Shown here piece by piece: positions 37,085 through 44,166 of a DNA stretch of 44,166 bases. Location of the stretch: NCBI GenBank assembly GCA_051942205.1, contig JAVECO010000186.1, positions 1-44,166 on the forward strand. Reading direction: 5' to 3'. The notes beneath the pieces are model-generated. The model was not told where the DNA came from and did no database searches. It worked only from the letters and a program-made list of their open reading frames with translations. The DNA comes from Coniocarpon cinnabarinum. Its lineage: Eukaryota. The number at the start of each line of letters is the position of its first letter. The first letter of the stretch is position 1. A program made the translations under genes and the position numbers.

Positions 37085-38742
37085 TTAATGCAGATTTTGT
37101 CCTTCTCTATGGCTTTCATGTTCTTTATGGTGAGTGACGGAGGCTTTGACGTTGAAGGGTTGCCTGTCCCATAGCGTGCCGGTAGTTTGATCTTCCCATC
37201 GCAAAATTTTGCCATCATGCTGACCATTTGATGGCTCCAGATCAAACGCGAACACTAGATGCGCTATAGCCAGTCGCATCTCAAGCCATGCTATTGGTTG
37301 ACCCATACATCGCATTGCGCCCGAAGAGAAGGGTCGCACGCTGGCACGGTCATCGTTATAAAAGGCGGAAGCCGGCTCCAACGCCAGCGAACTCCATCTT
37401 TCGGGCGAGAACTCCAATGGTCGATGCCATCTGGTGGGATTCCGGAAAAGCGACCATGTTTGCACAGCTACGTGAGTCTGTACGGCGTGTGAGGAATAGG
37501 CAACAATCTTGTACAACATGAAACACTTACCCTAGCTGGGACCCATACATCGCAGATACTTGTCCCTTCGATGTCCCCAGGTACCACACGAGGTATACCA
37601 CAGGGAATCGGACAACTCAGTCTCATGCCCTCTTGGATGACCCAGGTGAGGTAGTCAATTTTCTCCAGGGAGGAACCGGTGATGTTGAGAGAAGTAGCAT
37701 GCCGTTCGCGAATCTCATCCGTCAATCTTTTCAATGCGGGTGGATCCCGAAGGAGATAATTGAGTATGCCGCCAAGTGCCGCCGCGACTGTCTCACCACC
37801 TCCACCCAGCAGGAGACCGGCGTTTGCACCCATCTCTGCTTGATTCAGCTCTCCTCGCTCAGTCCCCTCAATCAGGACACCCATGAGATCTGTGAAATTC
37901 TGCTTGGAATGTGGGGTTTTGGTCCTTTGGCCGAGAGAGCTCATCAACAGATTGATTAGAGCGTCCTCCCGATTCTGCGTCAATGCATTCCATGGCCTCA
38001 TCCAACTTGGGAGACGCTCAATGAAAGCCAGAGGCGAATATCGTAGACAGGCAGCCTTTGCTTGGTTCTTGGCATGACGAAACATGCTCAAGATCGAAGC
38101 TGGGTATTCGCCCAACTCATTGCAATGGAAAATGTCTGAGCCGAAGGTGAGCTCGCCGATGGTATCAAATGCACAGAACGACATCCAGCTAGCAAGGTCC
38201 ACGGGTCTGCCCTCTTCTGCGATCATCCGTATCTTAGCGATCATTTGAAGCGTATGTTTCTGAATGATGGGCTCCTTCTCGGCGAGACCTGATAACTCAA
38301 ATGCTGGATTCAGCGCTTTTCTCATCCGGTCGTGGTCGGCCATCGGGGCCGTTGTGAGATTGTTGGTGCCCTGAGGGCCTGAGCGCTGCCACACCTGATC
38401 TCGAGGAAGAACAAGCCGATCTGGTCTCCGGCTGTATATGTCTTTCCAAGCATCGTTGGTTGTAAACGAGATTTCATCGGGAGCGATACGCACTTTTTCA
38501 CCGTACTTTCGGTGCAAGCGGCCAATCTCATGAACTAGACTTCCTCGGTATAGATGATAGACGTATGGAAGGCGGGTTATCGACCAAAGCCACGGACCAG
38601 GTATGGCTCTCAAAGGATCGTTGAGGTATTTGAAGGCTGCGAAAGCCAAGGCAAGCTATTATTCGTTAGCATGTAGTTCATTTGGTAGACGCCAGAGTGG
38701 TCCACGAACGGCGTTAGCGAGTCCAAACAGCTGCAGCAACAT
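37085..38742 (-). CDS. Cytochrome P450 (CYP65/Tri11-like group), 3 exons (38742-38710, 38655-37531, 37477-37085), ~516 aa
   Basis: PL..IPGPWLW, LHRKYG..VRIAPDEISF..AWKDIY, H.R.R..L.PAF, FDTIGELTFG, GGGETVA, IQEGMRL (ExxR), FSPERW, PFSSGAMRCMG; frame intact. The start codon is a best guess. Confidence 0.9.
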
Positions 38743-40583
38743 TTTGACTACTTGCTTGGTATCTCTGAAAGCTGATTACCATTGAATCAGGAATCACTTT
38801 GATCCCATTGATTCGACTCTGCCATGGAAAGAGCAAAGAGGCACATATTCACATGAGCAAAAGCGGACTATTTACCACTACTACCTTTAAGGACTAGCGT
38901 AAGAAAGAAGCTATTGCAAAAACAGCGTAGCTCATCCCATGCCCCTTGGACATCCCCACGCCGCGCAACCACCTATTTTTCTTGGTGTGTCCGTGAGAAC
39001 TACCAGTTTGTGCTCGAGATAATGGGGATACTTCTGCTGCAAGTTGCTGTTGCCTCTCACATGAGGCGCTTCCCATACCGTCTTACTGGATTTTTGCGCG
39101 TCAAGTGGGGAGTCCTGTAAATCTTCCCATCGACTCAGGTTTAGCCGGCGGCGCTGAGCCGATTTGCTGCAGATAGGCAAGGCCAAGACCACATCGTATC
39201 AATGTCCAGATCCCCGAAATGCGCGAGAAAATGATGTGAGTCGGCCGAGCTTACTGGCTGAAAAGTTATCTCCGTGCAGGATAGATCATTCCCTATGCAT
39301 CAGGATATCAGGCAATGTGATCACACTCTCTCAATTACACCTACATTGGCGGTGAGAGTTCTCACCACGATCATGCGCGCCGCATATGACGATGACGCTA
39401 TGGATCTGTGCAGAGATTGGGCTGTGGATCACGCAGCTCGAACTTGAAGGAGCGCCGCTAACATAACGTTCTTCGTATGGTCGCGCGGAGGTCCAACGGG
39501 TTAGGAGAGGTCTATCTTTCAATTTGTTTGATGGGAGTCAAAAGAGAAAGCCGACCTTACACGAGTCGGCCCACTTGTTTCTTCTGACATAATGTTGCTA
39601 CCGAGCTGCTGGTATGAGACACCCAATAAGCTCATCAGTAATGCCAACCGTTCAATGATATTGTTGAAAAATTATACCTCTCTAAAGACTACCTACTTGA
39701 GGTCTATCTACTAAGTCCCTTTTATGCAACGTCAATTGCTCTTCTCCCCCTTATAGTTCTTGTGCTGTGCTGTCCGCTAGCTTCAAGCTGTGAAACCATG
39801 AAAACCTCGTTACTAAATCTACACATTCAAGTGATTACTCATGATCAAAGTACTCTTTTGCGTACGCTGTCTCCGAGAAACCGTCAGACTATGTCCTTAA
39901 GGTTCAAACGAGTGTACCATTTGAGTAAGACCACGTTATGGCGCAGTGTATCCAACATCCAAATTGCTTTGCTTCATCACAGCCCTGTAACCAACCCTAC
40001 TGTAATGGCTCCCCCTTTTTTTAAGTCTATTGACAAGACTATGGCACCGTTTCCAACGACGCCAAGCATTGCGCTTGATCCATATTTACGCATCGAGAAT
40101 CTTTTTGGCTTCCCTGAGTCGTTGTTGAGTTTGACGCGATCATAAAGATCTTTCGAAGCGGGTTTAGCACCATGGAGGCTCCGACGTTATCTTCAGCATC
40201 TCATTGAACGCCAGTACGTTTCTTGAGGTGTAGCAATTTTTTATTTCATCGTTATGGACCCCACGGTTATTAACACAAGTACAATCACCCTCTAGTACGA
40301 TGTTCCTAGAGAAATCACCCAATTGCACGTCCTTGTCGAAAAACGCAGTGGCTCAACGGAATGTTTTGAGACACAGTCTGATAGGCCCATTGCCGGAAGA
40401 TTCAGCTTCTTTAGCAGAGGAGACGCAATGACTATCCACTTGAAGTGCCACTGTATAAATGTCGTCTTCGCATTATCACGATTGCCTACGACTCGATCTG
40501 ATCCTCAGAGACAGCCCACATCGAGAAGCACTCTCACTCAAGAGTACTGTGTACTATTCGATGCCATGACATCCTAAGCCACG

Positions 40584-41530
40584 ATGAGCAAGTCTATGCC
40601 CCTCAGCATTGTCGAAGTTGAAGACCATTATCACAATGCAAGCAATCTCCTGTGGTATGACGAAGATCAGCCTCTACATCAGCACCTGAAAGCTTCTGCC
40701 TCATCAGAATACTTCTACAGACACTCAGCCAGTCTCTTTTGGGTTTCCCTTTTCTTCCCAACGATCATACCATCTAGCTTTCTTCTGGTAATTTGTAGGT
40801 ATCTCATTAGATGCATCCTCCTCAAAGTTTCCAAAGCTAGCATCTCTTGCCCTGCAGCGCCTCTTACCAGTCAGAACCCTGTCAAAGCCAGCCAACGCAG
40901 ATGCGCGTGTGTGGCGTATTACCCTATCAGGAGAACTCGATACCTCCCCTCTTCCGCGGAACGTATCGAACCTTCCACCTTCTAAAGATTTCAGGTCACC
41001 TACTCTCATTGTGAAATGCTAGGAGATAAATCACAGCCGTCGCGAAAGCGCAAAGACGTGTTGCAGGAGCCAGAGGTCAAACGTGCAAAGCGACGCCGGT
41101 GCTCCCCAGCAGCGGTCAGCTCGGAAGATGTCTTTGCCCGACACCAGAGCTTTCTCAATACTATCAATCAACAGGCGTTCTGTGATCAATTTGACGCAAA
41201 GCTCAACGGTTGGATCTCGATGAGGACGTTCAGGCCCACACGCATTTCATGGGGCCGGATAAGCTGGCTCAGTACGCCTACCTTTGTGATTCGACGGCGT
41301 CGTCCTATTGCACAGAACTAATTCCACCATCAAGCAATGCCTGGAGTCGGTCCTCCCCAAGCCAAAAGGTGTTTTCGATCGCAATTCCCAGTCCCTCCTC
41401 CTGGACCGTGTCGCCCGAAAGACCCCTAGAGCCACAGCCCAAGGGCTAGCAAGAAACGTCTACACAGAACCAAGATCACACTAAGAGTGGAGAAAAGTTT
41501 AGAAGTTTTAATGGTAGGGAGTGGCTGAAG
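40584..41530 (+). pseudogene. Fragmented coding-like region with basic NLS-like stretch; family unknown
   Basis: Consecutive short ORFs in shifting frames (40584-40985, 41016-41321 with RKRK..KRAKRRR, 41210-41449). Confidence 0.3.
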
Positions 41531-42546
41531 ATTCTCAGGCCAAGAGACAGTCATGGACGAGTAGCTAAGATACCGGCAATTTCTGCCTGACGGCCGTACC
41601 CTTGCGCGACATGAGCGCGCAGGGGAACTTCATCGGGGAAGCGGTTGGGTTGCTTGTGGAAGCTTGACACTGTAGAAAAGTCCACACTGATATCACCAGG
41701 TGGTCGAAAAGGGTAAGACCGAGGTCTCAGCAAGTCGATTGCGAGTCAACAGTAACCACAGCAAGAAAAGAAACACACGCTGCCATATCACCTGGTGTTG
41801 GGTGGTCATTTAATGATTGCCATATGGTGTCAAGGCACGCGTGGAGCAATGCTTTGACCTAAGCAGCCTGAGGCCGGAGGCGAAGCTGGCGCGCCTTTGT
41901 TGCTGAATCAATCAAAACCGGGCTGAGCCTCACGCAGAGTACGGCCAGTCCTAATGTCGACTTTCGTCAGGCGCTCAGCAACGAAGGAGAACGATCAGCA
42001 CACGTGCACGTCTGTCGCGTCCAAGAGACCGCAAGAGATCCTTACGGACTGCGAGGCTGCAGGAAGAGATAGCCGGCTGTATACATTCAAACGGCGGCTG
42101 CTGGTGCTGAAGAGTCTTCCAACCCCGTAAGTGGGGTAAGTCAAAGTCATGGGACATCTGCGAAAACACTGAGATGATGCCTGAACGATGTCTCACCACG
42201 TACCTGCCGCCTATGACCCTTCATATAGCGATTGCCAGAAAGTGCGTCAAGCATGTACCATTGTGCCTCTCTATACCAGTGCTTGGCCGGGATTGCCTTC
42301 CATGCAATCCGCACCATAGAGGATCCTAGCCTTAACATGGATGGATAAGCAGAGCATGAATAGGAGCCAGATGCTCTTTCCGTTTACGACTTTTGTTCGA
42401 AATTGATGGCATGCTTATCGGAGCAGCAGGCCTTGTCTTTCAGCTGCGCCTGGTATTCCCCAATTTTGAACGCGCAGAACGCCCAGCCTTGTATGTCATC
42501 ATCCCAGTGCTGATTGGGGTACAGAAAACGTCCCGAAGGACCGTGA

Positions 42547-43300
42547 AATCAGAAGCCTCAAGAAGCTACCCCAAAGACTCCCAAGATCCCAGACCCTGAA
42601 CCTTACGAAGGTGAATCTCCGAAACTCAAGCTCTTTATTTCAAAACTTTCAAACAAAATCTAAGGCAATACTAAGCTTTTCCTCTCTAAGATAGCTAAGG
42701 TTTAATATACCTATTTAAGACTATTAAATAAAGTAGTATAGTATATCTAGACCTAATTCTAAGGCCTAAATAACTCTTAGTAATAATTAGTAGTTTAGAT
42801 ATTTAAATAATTTGTTATATATTTATAAACCTATTTCTAAGACTTTAGTACTTATAAGTAAGTAAACTATAAGCTTCTAAGCCTTAAGTAAAAAAACTAC
42901 TTTTTTTATAAGTTTCTAGTAGAGTTTAAAAATATACTATAAGACTTTTTATATACTAGCTATCTATAGTATATAATACTATTTCTTTAAAATAATATTT
43001 TAAATAAGCTATAGAACTTATTTATAGTTTAAGCGCTTTCTACTAATTATTAAAAGTTTTATTATATCTATAAAAAATAAGATACCTAGATTTAAGCTTA
43101 TTAAGTTATAACTTTTACTTAGATAGCCTACTAACTAGTAAGCATAATCCTAGCCTTAATTTATCTTTAGTCTATCTCTAGTTAGGCTCTAATTTATACT
43201 ACTCCTACTTTCCTACTAAAACTATATTTTTTAGCTACCTAGCCTAGTGTTACGCTATGCCTAATATAGAATAAAAAGTTATATGTATGCGCGTACTACT
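42547..43300 (+). mobile_element. Ty3/Gypsy-type gag (capsid) relic with RIP gradient
   Basis: Reads KIPDPEPYEGESPKLKLFISKLSNKI*GNTKLFLSKIAKV*YTYLRL..., matching the gag pattern PDPE.F.G...KL..F...L..K...N...FP....KV.YA.SRL, then LKQ...F..FL.EF relics; RIP stops begin at 42661. The 3' boundary is approximate. Confidence 0.75.
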
Positions 43301-44166
43301 ACGCTAACGTACTAGACTCTAATATATTTAGACGTATCTACTTTTAAGGCCTTTTATATATATAGACACGTAACCCTAAAAAAAAAATATTTTAAATATT
43401 AGACTCTTTATTATTTTTAAAGATATAGTATAAAGATTTATATCTTAGTCTATATAGTCTAATAATAAGCCTATCTTTTTTTTAGGCTTAATATTATTTA
43501 AATTTAAAATTAATTTAAATACTAAATTATAAACTACTAAACTAATTATTTACTAGTTTATAATATATCTTACTTTTATAAATAGTACTATTACTATTAA
43601 ATAAAGTAATCTTTATTATAATAATATATTAATTACTTTTTTTTATAGCTTTTATTATTTTTATTTTTTTATATTATTTTTTATTATACTTTTTTATAGT
43701 AAAGGTTCTTAGCTTTAAAATAGTCTTATATTCTTTTAACTACTTAAAATATAAAGCTCTTTATAAAGATATTATACTTTTAAATAATTATTTATAATAC
43801 TAAATAAGAATTAAAAGGTATATATTACTTTATCTTATAACTAACTCTTTTAAATTAAAGATTCTATTAAAACTCTAAAATAGTTCTTTAAAGAAAGAAT
43901 ATAGTAAACTACTTTCTACTTAATAACTAATAAGTCTAACTTTAGTATAAAGTTAACTAGTTACTTTATAACCTATTACTAAAAAAAGTAAAATTAAATA
44001 TTATTACTTACTAATAAGTTAATTAAGTACTACTTTACTTAATACTATTAAAAAATAATTTAATACTCTATTAATAAAGATATCTACTACTTATATAAAT
44101 AAAAATAATAATAAGGTAGCTTCTAATATTATTAGGGTTAAACCTTATAAAAAGAATAAAGTATCT
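42650..44166. repeat. AT-rich RIP-mutated repeat block
   Basis: Same TpA-rich, ORF-free composition as the left block. Confidence 0.93.

Noticed and set aside
19235..38742. Calling this a gibberellin cluster (cps/ks plus P450s)
   Set aside because: No ggs2 or desaturase, only two P450s, and extra genes foreign to GA clusters; product specificity cannot be read from motifs.
19188..38785. Antisense and alternate-frame ORFs overlapping the cluster genes
   Set aside because: Shadow ORFs of the real coding sequences.
44132..44140. Telomere-like TTAGGG (also single CCCTAA at ~4854 and ~43374)
   Set aside because: Isolated single units, expected by chance in RIPed DNA; no tandem array.

Overview
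Filamentous-ascomycete genomic DNA with bipartite composition. About 1-14050 and about 42650-44166 are extremely AT-rich and TpA-saturated, the signature of repeat-induced point mutation (RIP). By back-reading RIP transitions I can recognise a Ty3/Gypsy integrase relic, a complete 4.5-kb Ty1/Copia element (216-bp LTRs, GTATC target-site duplication), a RIP-destroyed BTB-domain gene, a possible tyrosine-recombinase relic and a Gypsy gag relic. Between these blocks lies a ~28.5-kb GC-balanced island. It carries an SRPK-like kinase, an orphan ORF and a seven-gene diterpenoid biosynthetic gene cluster: an intact bifunctional class II/class I (CPS/KS-type) diterpene synthase, a secreted FAD-linked oxidase, a type-B carboxylesterase, a DHA1 MFS transporter, two cytochrome P450s and a Pth11-like membrane protein. 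The cluster appears to be decaying. Two genes each carry one in-frame nonsense codon, the oxidase has a stop at its most likely splice junction, and the MFS gene has a deletion plus frameshifts. The synthase, esterase and one P450 look intact. No GGPP synthase or transcription factor is visible. All gene models were built by hand from GT-AG and branch-site signals; no database searches were run.
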